A DNA stretch of 64,000 bases from Gemmatimonadota bacterium (GTDB taxonomy: Bacteria; Gemmatimonadota; Gemmatimonadetes; Longimicrobiales; Gaopeijiaceae), in assembly GCA_022560615.1 (NCBI GenBank), contig JADFSR010000013.1, positions 29,595 to 93,594 on the forward strand. The letters run 5' to 3'. Shown piece by piece: positions 42,084 through 52,543 of this stretch; the first letter of the stretch is position 1, and each line of letters begins with the position of its first letter. The notes under the pieces are model-generated. The model was not told where the DNA came from, ran no database searches, and was given only the letters and a program-made list of their open reading frames with translations. The translations under genes and the position numbers were made by a program.

Positions 42084-42175
42084 GATTCCACCCTCCTGCT
42101 CACGTTCGACCGATCCATTCTGATACCGAGCACTCCCCGGCAGCCCATCGCAAACCCTCTCGGTTATACCGCGCC

Positions 42176-42808
42176 CTACCGGAAGGTTTCAGGGAAACAC
42201 GTCTCGAGAAGTCCACGGATCGTCGCGTGCACGTCCTCGGGCGCCCCACGGGCGCTCAACACTTGAACTCCCGGCTCCGTCTCCGCCAACGCAAGATACC
42301 CTTCACGCACGGACTGGAGGAAGCCGTATCCCTCCTTTTCGATGCGATCCGGTATCATGCCATCTCGACGCTGACGTTCGCTGGCGGCTTCGGCCGGCAG
42401 ATCGAGCACGATGTACAGGTCCGGCCTCAGACCACCCGTAGCGATCCGCAGGCCGTCCCTCACGTCGTCCAAATCCAGCCCCCGACCGTAGCCCTGGTAC
42501 GCGAGCGTGGAGAGCGCAAAGCGATCCGCCAATACGACCTGGCCCTTTGCGAGCGCGGGCCGAACGACGTCGCGCACGAACGCCGCCCGCGCCGCGAGGA
42601 TGAGCAAGAGCTCGGACTCAGCAGGCATCTCCAGGTCGTCGCGACCGAGCACGACCTCGCGGATCGCCTCACCCACCGGAGTACCCCCGGGTTCCCGCGT
42701 GAGGATGTGCGGGATTTCGCGCGCAGCCAGCCAAGACGACAGGAGGGCGGCCTGCGTGGTCTTGCCCACGCCGTCGGCGCCCTCCAATACGATGAAGCGC
42801 CCCGCCAT
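42176..42808 (-). CDS. tmk: dTMP (thymidylate) kinase
   Basis: P-loop (LEGADGVGKTTQ) and TREPGGT motif. Confidence 0.9.
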   Translation of the reverse strand: MAGRFIVLEGADGVGKTTQAALLSSWLAAREIPHILTREPGGTPVGEAIREVVLGRDDLEMPAESELLLILAARAAFVRDVVRPALAKGQVVLADRFALSTLAYQGYGRGLDLDDVRDGLRIATGGLRPDLYIVLDLPAEAASERQRRDGMIPDRIEKEGYGFLQSVREGYLALAETEPGVQVLSARGAPEDVHATIRGLLETCFPETFR

Positions 42809-42811
42809 GGT

Positions 42812-44125
42812 CTAGTCGTAGTACTCCACACCCAGGTGAGTCGCCATTTCCTCGCGCATCATCCAGCGAAGCGTGTTTTTCAGCTTCCAATGCTGAATGA
42901 AGAGGTCATGCTCCGGATAGAGGCCAGGCGCGGTCTGCGGCGCCTTGAAGTAGAACGACAGCCACTCCTGGATCCCACTCAGGCCCGCGCGCGACGCGAG
43001 GTCGAGGAAGATCGCCAGGTCCAGCACGATGGGCGCGGCGAGGATCGAGTCGCGGCAGAGGAAATCGACCTTGATCTGCATGGCGTACCCCATCCATCCG
43101 AAGATGTCGATGCTGTCCCACCCTTCTTTGTTGTCGCCACGCGGCGGGTAGTAGTTGATCCGCACTTTGTGGTACATGTCACCGTACAGCTTCGGGTAGA
43201 CGTCCGGCTGCAGAATGTGCTCGAGCGCGCCGAGTTTCGACTCCTCCTTCGTCTTGAACGATTCGGGGTCGTCGAGGACCTCGCCATCGCGATTGCCGAG
43301 GATGTTCGTGCTGAACCACCCCGACAAACCGAGCATGCGCGTCTTGAAGCCCGGGGCGAGGATCGTCTTCATGAGGGTCTGGCCCGTCTTGAAGTCTTTG
43401 CCACCAATGGGCACGCTGTTGTCGGCCGCGAGCTGCTCGAGCGCGGGAATGTCCACCGATAGGTTCGGGGCGCCGTTGGCGTACGGTACGCCCTCCATCA
43501 GCGCCGCATACGCGTACAGCATACTGGGCGCGATCCCCGAGTCACCGTCGCACATGGCCTGCTCGAACGACCCGAGGGTCTCATGCACTGCACTCGGGCG
43601 TAGGAAGACCTCGGTCGAGGCGCACCAGATCATCACGAGGCGGTCGCAGCCGTTCTCCTCCTTGAAGCGGCGGATGTCGGCACGGATCTCCTCGGCCTGT
43701 TCCATTTTGGTGCCCGACTTCTTGTTCGGGCCGTCGAGCTTCTTCACGTAGTCGGTGTCGAAGGCTGCCGACATCGGCTTGATGGCAGACAGAAAGTCCC
43801 GGATCGGGTCGAGGTGCTTCTCTTTTTGGAGAACCCCCGCGTTCACCGCGCTCGCGTAGCCGTCGTCGGGAATCGGGTCCCAGGTGCAGAAAACGAGGTC
43901 GTCGAGACCGGCGAGTGGCACGAAATCCTGGATGAGCGGAGCGCGGCCATCGGTACGCTTGCCCAACCGAATCGTGTTCATCTGGGTCAAGGAGCCGATA
44001 GGCTCCGCGAGTCCGCGGCGCACGGCTTCCACGCCGGCAACGAACGTCGTGGCGACGGCCCCGAAGCCGGGCAGAAGTACGCCGAGTTTGCCCTCGGCCG
44101 GACGGATCTCAGTAGGCTGCTTCAC
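42812..44125 (-). CDS. ino1: inositol-3-phosphate synthase (myo-inositol-1-phosphate synthase)
   Basis: Full-length MIPS (GVLLPGFGAVATTFVAGV...SGWFSTNILGNRDG). Confidence 0.88.
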   Translation of the reverse strand: MKQPTEIRPAEGKLGVLLPGFGAVATTFVAGVEAVRRGLAEPIGSLTQMNTIRLGKRTDGRAPLIQDFVPLAGLDDLVFCTWDPIPDDGYASAVNAGVLQKEKHLDPIRDFLSAIKPMSAAFDTDYVKKLDGPNKKSGTKMEQAEEIRADIRRFKEENGCDRLVMIWCASTEVFLRPSAVHETLGSFEQAMCDGDSGIAPSMLYAYAALMEGVPYANGAPNLSVDIPALEQLAADNSVPIGGKDFKTGQTLMKTILAPGFKTRMLGLSGWFSTNILGNRDGEVLDDPESFKTKEESKLGALEHILQPDVYPKLYGDMYHKVRINYYPPRGDNKEGWDSIDIFGWMGYAMQIKVDFLCRDSILAAPIVLDLAIFLDLASRAGLSGIQEWLSFYFKAPQTAPGLYPEHDLFIQHWKLKNTLRWMMREEMATHLGVEYYD

Positions 44126-44163
44126 TGAAAAGCCTCACGTTTGAGTTGATCGTTGAACTGGCC

Positions 44164-44520
44164 CTACGGAACGATGATCCGGCTCCGGGCGCCCTCTTCG
44201 ATGCCCCTTGCCACGGTGTCGTTCACCTTCATCATGACCTTCTCGAAGTTGGCCTGTGCCGAAATCAGGCGCTGGAAGCCCGCCTTGATCTGAAGTTCCT
44301 CGGCAGCCTCCGTGTAAACCTTCTTCGCGTCCTCATCGGGTTCCTGACCGGCAAGCATCGACGCCTCCAGGCGCTGCTCGAGCGCCTCGAGGCGATTCCG
44401 AAGCTCGACCAACTCCCGGTCCTCATCCGCGGCATCCATCGCCCGTTTGAGCGCCTGATACTCGTCGGTCCGCGCCAGGGCATTCCCTAGGTCGCGCGCC
44501 TTTTCATCGATGCCCATCAT
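44164..44520 (-). CDS. YlbF/YmcA-family regulator (UPF0342)
   Basis: A 118-aa helical protein (ALARTDEYQALKRAMDAAD...). Confidence 0.65.
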   Translation of the reverse strand: MMGIDEKARDLGNALARTDEYQALKRAMDAADEDRELVELRNRLEALEQRLEASMLAGQEPDEDAKKVYTEAAEELQIKAGFQRLISAQANFEKVMMKVNDTVARGIEEGARSRIIVP

Positions 44521-44545
44521 ACCCTCATGTCTCCGGTCCGGAATC

Positions 44546-45472
44546 TCAGTTCGTCATCGCCCGACGCGTGAGCACCATCCGCTCACGTCCCGTTAGGTCC
44601 CTTCGCACGCGTGCGTCGACGTACTCGCCCGTATCCTCCAGCATGGCCACCACCGGCCCTGCCTGGCCCACGCCTACTTCCAGCGCCAGCAGCCCGCCCG
44701 GCCGCAAGCGCGAACCCGCGCCTACGATGATGGCCCTTAGCGCCACCAGCCCGTCCGGCCCCGCGAAGAGCGCGTCACCGGGCTCCCACTCGCGCACTTC
44801 GGGCTCGAGCGACGGAGCCTCCCCCTCCGCAACGTACGGCGGATTGGACACCACGAGGTCGAAGACCTCCGCCTCCGAGACAGGCTCGAAGTACGAACCC
44901 AGCCGGAACTCCACCTTCTCACCCAAGCCAGCGGCCTCCGCATTGCAGCGGGCTACCTCCAGCGCACCCTCGGAGCTGTCTGTCGCCACGACCAACTCGA
45001 ACGGCCCTTCCAGCACGAGCGACAGCGCGATCGCCCCCGACCCGGTACCGACATCGAGCCCGCGCGCCTGAGCACCTGCGTGAGCCCCGGCCCACTCGAG
45101 TACCTCATCGAGAAGGATCTCGGTCTCGGGACGGGGGATCAGCACCCGCCCATCGACCTCGAGATCCAACTCCCGGAAGGCCGCACGCCCTAGAATGTAC
45201 TGAAGTGGCTCCCTTGTTGCGCGCCGCTTGAGCAGTGGCCGGTACTGGTCCAGCTCCGCGGCGACCAGGGGCCGGTCGAACTGCAGATAGAGCTCCAGGC
45301 GCCCGAGCCCCAATACGTCTGCGAGCAGATGCTCGGCGTCGAGACGACCACGCACGATACCTTTGCCCTCCAGGTACTCTCCGCTCCACTCGATCATGCG
45401 GAGTACCGTCCAGCGGTCCTTGCCCTGCGCGCCCAGCGGCGACGAAGGTAGTCGGTCGAGGTCCTCACTCAT
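44546..45472 (-). CDS. prmC: release-factor glutamine N5-methyltransferase
   Basis: Carries the NPPY motif (VVSNPPYV). It sits downstream of prfA. The start was trimmed to MSEDLDRL. Confidence 0.88.
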   Translation of the reverse strand: MSEDLDRLPSSPLGAQGKDRWTVLRMIEWSGEYLEGKGIVRGRLDAEHLLADVLGLGRLELYLQFDRPLVAAELDQYRPLLKRRATREPLQYILGRAAFRELDLEVDGRVLIPRPETEILLDEVLEWAGAHAGAQARGLDVGTGSGAIALSLVLEGPFELVVATDSSEGALEVARCNAEAAGLGEKVEFRLGSYFEPVSEAEVFDLVVSNPPYVAEGEAPSLEPEVREWEPGDALFAGPDGLVALRAIIVGAGSRLRPGGLLALEVGVGQAGPVVAMLEDTGEYVDARVRRDLTGRERMVLTRRAMTN

Positions 45473-46574
45473 CGTCGGCCCCGAGTCGCTCTTGCTCCTC
45501 CGCAAGCCGGAGCGACGCGATCAGCTCGTCGAGTGTCCCGTCCAGCACATCGTTGAGCCGGTGGAGCGTTAGGCCGATCCGATGATCCGTAACCCGCCCC
45601 TGCGGGAAATTGTACGTGCGGATCTTGGCCGACCGGTCCCCCGTGCCCACCTGGGTCTTCCGTTCCCTCGCGCGCTCGGCTTCCCGCTCAGCGATCATCC
45701 GATCGAGAAGGCGGCTGCGCAGCACCTTCATCGCCTTCGCCTTGTTCTTGTGCTGCGACTTTTCGTCCTGGCAGGTTACGACGAGCTTCGACGGGAGGTG
45801 CGTAATGCGTACGGCGGAGTCCGTCGTGTTCACCGACTGGCCGCCGGGACCCGAAGACCGAAAGACATCGATTCGCAGGTCGTTGGGATCGATCTCCAGA
45901 TCGACCTCCTCGGCCTCGGGCAACACCGCTACGGTGGCCGCCGAGGTGTGGATCCGCCCTTGGCTCTCGGTCGCGGGGACACGCTGAACGCGATGCACAC
46001 CCGACTCGTACCGCAGTCGACCATACGCGCCACTTCCACGCACTGTGAAGATCACTTCCTTGATCGAGCCTGGGATGCCCTCAGAGAGGCTCATTACCTC
46101 GACAGACCAGCGGTTGCGCTCCGCAAATCGGCGATACATGCGCAGAAGATCCGACGCGAAGAGGCCTGCTTCATCGCCGCCCGTACCGGCGCGGATCTCG
46201 ATGACCGCCGCGCGATCCGCTAGTGGGTCCGGTGGAATGAGCAGCTCACGCACCTGAAGCGCGAGCTGCTCGATGCGCTTGCCGAGTACCGAGAGCTCCT
46301 CTTCGGCGAGCGCCTTCATTTCGGGATCGTCGGTCTCCTCCAGCAACTCGGCCGCGCTGCGCTGATCTTCTACCGCGGTACGCTGCTCACGGCTGGCGGT
46401 GACGATCCGGTCTAGACGCGCTCTCTCCCGCCCGAGATCCTTCAGCCGCTCAGGGCTCGAGAGCACTTCCGGGCTTGCGAGCTCCGAGTCGAGCTCTGGA
46501 AGGCGCAGTTCCGCCTCTTCGAGGCGCTGCAGCAGACGGGCGTCGACGTTCGGGGACTTCATGAGATGGGCCAT
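45465..46574 (-). CDS. prfA: peptide chain release factor 1
   Basis: PCRF domain and the GGQ motif ([21 protein letters not shown]). Confidence 0.95.
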   Translation of the reverse strand: MAHLMKSPNVDARLLQRLEEAELRLPELDSELASPEVLSSPERLKDLGRERARLDRIVTASREQRTAVEDQRSAAELLEETDDPEMKALAEEELSVLGKRIEQLALQVRELLIPPDPLADRAAVIEIRAGTGGDEAGLFASDLLRMYRRFAERNRWSVEVMSLSEGIPGSIKEVIFTVRGSGAYGRLRYESGVHRVQRVPATESQGRIHTSAATVAVLPEAEEVDLEIDPNDLRIDVFRSSGPGGQSVNTTDSAVRITHLPSKLVVTCQDEKSQHKNKAKAMKVLRSRLLDRMIAEREAERARERKTQVGTGDRSAKIRTYNFPQGRVTDHRIGLTLHRLNDVLDGTLDELIASLRLAEEQERLGADDE

Positions 46575-46596
46575 GACTCAGGAGGCCCTGGCCCCC

Positions 46597-46806
46597 TCAC
46601 TTCGCGGCGACCGTCCCGTACATCTTCTTGAAGCGGTCGACGCGGCCCGCGGTGTCTACTAGACGCTGCTTGCCGGTGTAGAAAGGGTGGCACACCGAGC
46701 AAATCTCCACGTGGATCTCGTCCACGGTGGACATCGTCTCGAAGCGGTTGCCGCACGCACAGACGGCGGTCGCCGCCATGTATTCGGGATGGATGCCCTT
46801 CTTCAT
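46597..46806 (-). CDS. rpmE: 50S ribosomal protein L31
   Basis: MKKGIHPEY...CxC...[12 protein letters not shown]. Confidence 0.93.
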   Translation of the reverse strand: MKKGIHPEYMAATAVCACGNRFETMSTVDEIHVEICSVCHPFYTGKQRLVDTAGRVDRFKKMYGTVAAK

Positions 46807-46937
46807 GTCCTACTCCAAGCACCTATGTGGAACGGGCCTGGGCGCTAACAGGCCCGGCCCGATTGACTTGCAGGGACATTTTGTACGCGACGCCCCCAGT
46901 ACAGCCTAGAAAAGTTAAATGTCTCGGGCGGAGGGGT

Positions 46938-47242
46938 CTAGGGAGCCTGTGAACAAGTAGGGCGCGCCGCGCGCAGGGGTCTCGCGAGTTCAAGAGTAGG
47001 AAGGACGACGAGTCGTAGCCGTAGCTACGGCGAGGAGGAGAGACGACCTATTGGGCCGCGACCCCCCTGCGCCCAACACCGAGTGTGACAATCGTACCGG
47101 TTTGTGGGTTACGGTGGCACGGCCCCATCTCCGTCGTTGGGGCTCCTAGCCGTAGCGACGGCTATGGCGTCGTCGCCCCGCCTAGGATATGGAGCCGTGG
47201 CACCGTAACGCGGCGTGCCCTACTTGTTCAGAGGTTCCCTAG
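46938..47242 (-). repeat. MITE-like repeat, copy H (type-2 TIRs, inverted core)
   Basis: Left end: CTAGGGAGCCTGTGAACAAGTAGGGCGCGCCGCG. Right end: GCGGCGTGCCCTACTTGTTCAGAGGTTCCCTAG, immediately followed by the dcd ATG. Shares copy B's architecture, with TGAACAAG at both ends. Confidence 0.85.
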
Positions 47243-47797
47243 ATGCCCATCAAGAGCGACAAGTGGATCCGCCGCATGTGCGAAGAGCACCGCATGATCG
47301 AGCCCTTCGAGACTGGTCAGGTCCGGGAGGGGAAGATCTCCTACGGCCTCTCCTCGTACGGCTACGACATCCGAGTGTCGACCGAGTTCAAGGTCTTCAC
47401 GAACGTGTTCAACTCGATCGTGGACCCGAAGAACTTCGACGACCGCTCTTTCGTCGACATCGTCGGACCGGAGTGCATCATCCCGCCCAACTCGTTCGCG
47501 CTCGCTCGAACCGAGGAGTACTTCCGGATTCCACGGGATGTGCTCGTCTTGTGCGTGGGAAAATCGACCTACGCACGTTGTGGTTTGATCGTGAACGTTA
47601 CTCCCCTCGAGCCGACGTGGGAGGGGTACCTGACGCTCGAGATCTCCAACACGACCCCCCTGCCCGCGAAAGTCTACGGCGGTGAGGGGATCGCGCAGCT
47701 CCTGTTCTTCGAGGGCGACGAGGAGCCCGAGGTGGCGTACGCGGACCGCCAGGGCAAGTACATGAAGCAGGTCGGGGTCACGCTCCCGAAAATGTAG
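47243..47797 (+). CDS. dcd: dCTP deaminase
   Basis: Full-length Dcd ([16 protein letters not shown]...GYDIRVS...[10 protein letters not shown]). Confidence 0.93.
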   Translation: MPIKSDKWIRRMCEEHRMIEPFETGQVREGKISYGLSSYGYDIRVSTEFKVFTNVFNSIVDPKNFDDRSFVDIVGPECIIPPNSFALARTEEYFRIPRDVLVLCVGKSTYARCGLIVNVTPLEPTWEGYLTLEISNTTPLPAKVYGGEGIAQLLFFEGDEEPEVAYADRQGKYMKQVGVTLPKM

Positions 47798-47802
47798 GCG
47801 GG

Positions 47803-50017
47803 TTGATCATTCCGAAGCGTCGCAGAATCGTGGGTGGCTCGGCTCGGCTCTTCGCCGCTCTGCCCTTCGTTGCGGCACCGCTCATCCCCGCGTCCGCTCA
47901 GGAGCCGGGACTCCGTGCCGCCGGACTCCGTGCTCGTCCTGTCTGAGATCACGGTGCCGATTGGTCGGCTTCGTGTTGGGGCCTTCCCGGCTGCCCGGGC
48001 GCCCTTCCCCGTTCAGACCCTTCAGATCGAGGACGGTTCGGCCGAGAGCCTCACGCGTAGGCTAGCCCGTCTCCCAGGTGTCAGCCTCAGCAATCAAACC
48101 GGGAGCCCTTACCAATCCGATGTGAGACTTAGAGGCTTCGCACTGAGCCCAATCGTGGGGGTGCCCCAGGGCGTGAGCGTGTTCGTCGACGGCGTGCGCG
48201 TGAACGAGGCCGACGCTTCGCAGGTGCACCTGTCGCTCATCCCCGGCGGTGCCGTCGAACGTGTCGAGCTTCTTCGCGGACCTGTTGGAGCGTTCGGAAA
48301 AAACGCGCTCGCGGGTGCCCTCAACTTCGTTACCGCGCGGGGGAGCGACGACGCACGAATCGAACTCGAGACGGAGGGTGGATCGTACGGCTCGGCTTCC
48401 GGAACAGTGCGCGCCGGAGGGCGATGGGCCGCGTACGACGGTTTCATCGCAGCCTCATATCGGCGGTCAGACGGCTGGCGTGAGCACGGGCACTCGGAGG
48501 AATTGTCCGTTTTTGGCAAGCTCGGCTGGAGTGGAGAGCGCACCGACGCCTGGCTGTCCTATACGTTCGAGTCGGACTCGCTGGAGGGAACCGGACCTCT
48601 TCCAGAGTCGTGGATCCAGGGGGGAGCTTTGCCTGCCGACATCGTCGCTCCCCCCCAGGATCGGCGCCGACTCCAGTACACCGGTGGAACGGGGGACGCA
48701 TTCACTGCGCGCATGCACTTCCTCAACGGAAGGCTCGAGCGTGTGCTTTCCGAGGAGTGGAGCGCACAGCTGATCTCCTTCGCCCGCTTTGTCGACTTTC
48801 GGCAGTCGAACGACAACGTCACGGAACCCGACGCGCTCGGGATCACCGAGATAGCCTCGGTGGGGACAACGGCCCAGTTGACCTACCAGCCGCGCGATGG
48901 ACTCCTGCTCATTCTGGGCGCCGAAGGGGTACGCAACGACGTGCGCATCGACATCCAAGCGCACCCGAACCGCGCCTTCCCGAGTCTAGCGCCACACACG
49001 ACAGAACGCCTCCGTACCGACGAGGGCAATTTGGCAAGCTTCGCCGAGGCTTGGTGGGCGCTTTCCCCGAGCCTTGCACTGCACGGCTCACTCCGGTTCG
49101 ACTTCTCCTCGCTTCCGGTGACCGACCTTCTCGATCCAGCCGACAGCGGGGAGAACACGTTCAGCGAGTGGTCGGGAGGACTCGGTCTGAGTGGGGACAT
49201 CGGGTCCGGGGTCAACGCCTTCGCCGGTTACGGGCGGGGCTTCCGCAGCCCGGTGATCTTGGAGGTGAGCTGCGCAGATCCCGAGGATCCGTGCCAGCTC
49301 CCCTTCGAACTAGGGCCTGACCCGCCCCTGAGTCCGGTGACGTCGGACACTTGGCAGGCCGGTCTTCGTCTCGGCGGGGAGCGGCTTCGGGGAGAAGCGG
49401 TTGGCTACTGGTCCGAGGTCAAGAACGACATCTTCAACGTGGTCGACCTCGAGACGCCGACCCGAGGCTTTTTCACCAACTTGGAGCGGACCCGCCGGCT
49501 CGGCCTCGAGCTGTCGGCAGAAGCGAGGCCATTTCGCGGTGAGCACGAGCTCACCATCACGGGCAGCCTTGGCTGGACGCGGGCCACATTCGAGTCCTCG
49601 GCGGTCCTCGCCGCGCCGTTCCTCGATGAGGATGAGCAAGGAGCGCCGCCCGAGGTCGAGCCCGGGGACCGCTTCCCGATGGTCCCGGAGTTCTCGGTCT
49701 CGGCTGGAGTCGCGTACGCGTTCTTTCGCACTTCGGTAGCCCTGCAAGCACTCTGGGTGGGTGAGCAATTCCTCATCGGCGACGAAGGCAACGAGGCACC
49801 CTTCAAGAAGCTCGACCGCTATTCCCTCGTCGACCTGAGAGTCGAACATCGGATCGGACAGGCGATGGCATACCTGGAGTTGTCCAATCTGTTGGATCAG
49901 AGATATTCGCCCTTCGGCATCATCTCGCGTAACGTCCGCGGCGCGGAAGAGGAGGTGGAGCGGATTCCTCACGCCCGGTCTCCCACGAACGCTGCGCGTG
50001 GGGCTGAGGGTCCGTAG
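47803..50017 (+). pseudogene. TonB-dependent outer-membrane receptor, apparently disrupted by a +1 frameshift
   Basis: A TTG start with a classic signal peptide (MIIPKRRRIVGGSARLFAALPFVAAPLIPASA/QEP) is read in frame 0 and stops at 47944. The receptor body (DSVLVLSEITV..., plug plus barrel) is in frame +1 from about 47924. The shift falls at a duplicated GGACTCCGTGC. An authentic error-free gene is also possible. Confidence 0.55.
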
Positions 50018-50032
50018 GGGTCGCTGAGTGGA

Positions 50033-50374
50033 GTGGAGGGGATCGTGGCATACGACGAAGGACTAGCCCAGCGCGTTCGCGAAGCGCTTCCCGAGCGCCC
50101 TGACCTCTCCGAACGAAAGATGTTCGGAGGCCTCTGCTTCATGCTCGGCGGCAACACGTGCGCCGGTATCGTCGGGGAGGAGCTCATGCTGCGAGTCGGA
50201 CCAGACTCCTACGAGGACGCGCTCACAAGACCGCACGCCCGAGAGATGGACTTCACGGGCCGGTCCCTCAAGGGGATGGTCTACATGGGAGTCGCTGGGG
50301 TCGCGGACGACGCCGACCTGGCGAGTTGGCTGGATGTCGCGGTGAGCTTCGCGGGCGGCCTACCGCCCAAGTAG
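50033..50374 (+). CDS. TfoX N-terminal-domain protein
   Basis: YDEGLAQRVREAL...ERKMFGGLCFMLGGNTCAGI. Confidence 0.65.
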   Translation: MEGIVAYDEGLAQRVREALPERPDLSERKMFGGLCFMLGGNTCAGIVGEELMLRVGPDSYEDALTRPHAREMDFTGRSLKGMVYMGVAGVADDADLASWLDVAVSFAGGLPPK

Positions 50375-50400
50375 CGGCGCGTGAAGCGACAGCCAGCGAC

Positions 50401-50877
50401 TCAGCCGATCGACTCGAGCTCGATCCGGAAAATCAGGATCGAACCCGCCGGAATCGAACCGCGCGCACTGTTTCCATAGCCGAGGCTCGGCGGCATGATA
50501 ATGAGCCGGATGCCACCCAGCTTCATGCCTAGCACACCTTCGTCGAAGCCGTCCACTGCCCCCCCGGTACCCAGGATGAAGTTGAACGGCCCGCTCTGAT
50601 CGGAAGAGTCGAACACGTCTCCGTTTGAGAGAAACCCGACGTACAACACGGTCACATCGTTCCCCGCCACCGCCGGCTCGCCGGTTCCTTCGGATATCGT
50701 CTCGATGTACAGACCGGAGGACGTCCTGGTCATCGAACCGAGATCGATATTCAGCGACGGCGCGAAGTTCGTCTCTTCGATTACCTCGGGGGCAAACGCA
50801 TCACTGCACGCAGCGAGAAAAAGAAGGCCGGCCACGGTTGAGGTCAGCGAAGAGAATCTGAGGCGAATCAACCGCAT
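50401..50877 (-). CDS. FKBP-type peptidyl-prolyl isomerase (lipoprotein)
   Basis: A lipobox (LLFLAAC) followed by an FKBP domain (VTVLYVGFLSNGDVFDSS...GMKLGGIRLIIMPPSLGYG). The start was trimmed to MRLIRL. Confidence 0.85.
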   Translation of the reverse strand: MRLIRLRFSSLTSTVAGLLFLAACSDAFAPEVIEETNFAPSLNIDLGSMTRTSSGLYIETISEGTGEPAVAGNDVTVLYVGFLSNGDVFDSSDQSGPFNFILGTGGAVDGFDEGVLGMKLGGIRLIIMPPSLGYGNSARGSIPAGSILIFRIELESIG

Positions 50878-50971
50878 GATGTCTGGTCCTCGAAGCGTGG
50901 GACGGCGAACTGGACGGCCCTCGATGCGGACCCCCGGTGCCAGCGGAATACGCTCATCGGATGGCAGAGTT

Positions 50972-51484
50972 TCAATTCGCGTCGATGAGCTGAACCTCGA
51001 AGACCAGAGTCGCCCCAGGAGGCACCTTGCCGCGTCCCCGCGAACCGTAGGCGAGTCCCGGTCGAACCACCAGCCGCCGCCGACCGCCGATACGCATGCC
51101 CTGGATGCCCTCGTTCCAGCCCCGAATGACCTCGTTGCCACCCAGTCGGAAGTGGAAAGGGTCACCCTGCAGTTGGCCGTCGAAGACTGTGCCATCGGGA
51201 AGCCACCCGACGTAGTAGATCCATACATGGCTCGTCCGTCGCGCCATCGTCCCCGTCCCCTCATTCATGTCCTGCAGGTAAAGACCCGACGCCGTGAGCT
51301 GGAAGTCCGCCAGATCGATGCCGAGCTCCGACGCGAAGTGGAGCTGTGCGGGATCCGAGGGAGGCAACGGACCAGCAGGCGCGCCACCAGCACAGGCCGC
51401 CATGAAGAGCGTGGCGCCCAACGTCGCGAGCGACGCCCGCCGCTTGGCTGTCCCCCTCGTCATGCGGTTGGTCTTTGGCATCAC
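50972..51484 (-). CDS. FKBP-type peptidyl-prolyl isomerase (lipoprotein)
   Basis: A second FKBP paralog (LFMAAC ... VWIYYVGWLPDGTVFD ... GMRIGGRRRLVVRPGLAYG). Confidence 0.85.
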   Translation of the reverse strand: MMPKTNRMTRGTAKRRASLATLGATLFMAACAGGAPAGPLPPSDPAQLHFASELGIDLADFQLTASGLYLQDMNEGTGTMARRTSHVWIYYVGWLPDGTVFDGQLQGDPFHFRLGGNEVIRGWNEGIQGMRIGGRRRLVVRPGLAYGSRGRGKVPPGATLVFEVQLIDAN

Positions 51485-51677
51485 ACTGGGCCTTCTAGAA
51501 GGGTCCGAGACGCGTGGCCACGCCGATCGACGTCACCCTCAGACACTATGGCCTGCTCGCGCGAGGGGGCAAGGAGATGTATCCCTTTACTCAGCAATGC
51601 AAGTGGATCGCACGTACGCCTGTTGATGACGACCGGTCGTCCCGGCGTTCGGGCCTTTTGGACCCTTGGGGGTTGTG

Positions 51678-52481
51678 ATGAAGCAGACTGCCTTCTTCCT
51701 CGTGGCGTTCGTTCTCTTTTCGCTCACGAGCGTTCTCGCCGTGACCTCTGCCGAGCGCACCAGCAGACAGGAAGCCGACGACACCGTCGCCGATTCGCTC
51801 GTCGCCAACTGGATCGCCGCCGTCGGCGGGCTCGACGCGTACTGGCCCCTGAAGAGCGCCCGCTTCATTCTGACGACCGAGATCTACGATCCCGAGAGCG
51901 GCCGGATGCGGCGCGCACGTCCTCGCTACGTAACGATCGCCCGCACGGACGCGGGTGAGATCTCCCGAATCGAACGCTGGGAAGGGGACGACTTCATCCA
52001 ACAGGGATGGGATGGAGAGACCCAGTGGGCTACGCTGAACGGCGAGCCGCTCGGCGAAGGCGACAAGGACTACGACCAAGTCCGCTACGTCTCCGGCGAC
52101 GTGCAATACTGGATCAGCCTGCCCTACAAGCTCCTCGACGACGGAGTGACCGTGCACGATCGGGGCATCGATGACGAGGGTCGGCACGTGGTGGGCGTGA
52201 CCTTCGGAGAAGGCATCGGCCTGCACGACGAGGACACGTGGCAGTACTGGTTCGAGGACGGCCGCTCGTGGCCCGTCCAGGTGGCGTACATGGAGGAAAG
52301 CGATGACGACTGGAATCGCCTTCGCTTTGAGGATATCCGGACCGTCGACGGTTACATTTTCGTGGGGCGACGTGTACACTACGACGCAGACGGCGCTCTG
52401 ACCAAGGTCCTGTTCACCCACGACTTCGAGTTCAACCCAGCGCTGGATATGGCACTCTTTTCGACGCCGGATTGGCATTAG
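51678..52481 (+). CDS. secreted hypothetical protein
   Basis: Signal peptide (MKQTAFFLVAFVLFSLTSVLAVTSA) and an RBS (GGGGG). No family recognised. Confidence 0.5.
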   Translation: MKQTAFFLVAFVLFSLTSVLAVTSAERTSRQEADDTVADSLVANWIAAVGGLDAYWPLKSARFILTTEIYDPESGRMRRARPRYVTIARTDAGEISRIERWEGDDFIQQGWDGETQWATLNGEPLGEGDKDYDQVRYVSGDVQYWISLPYKLLDDGVTVHDRGIDDEGRHVVGVTFGEGIGLHDEDTWQYWFEDGRSWPVQVAYMEESDDDWNRLRFEDIRTVDGYIFVGRRVHYDADGALTKVLFTHDFEFNPALDMALFSTPDWH

Positions 52482-52543
52482 CGTCGAGGAGCGTCCAGCG
52501 TGTATCTTGAGCGCTTCTCGACTCGCCAGATTCGGAGTCTCTG

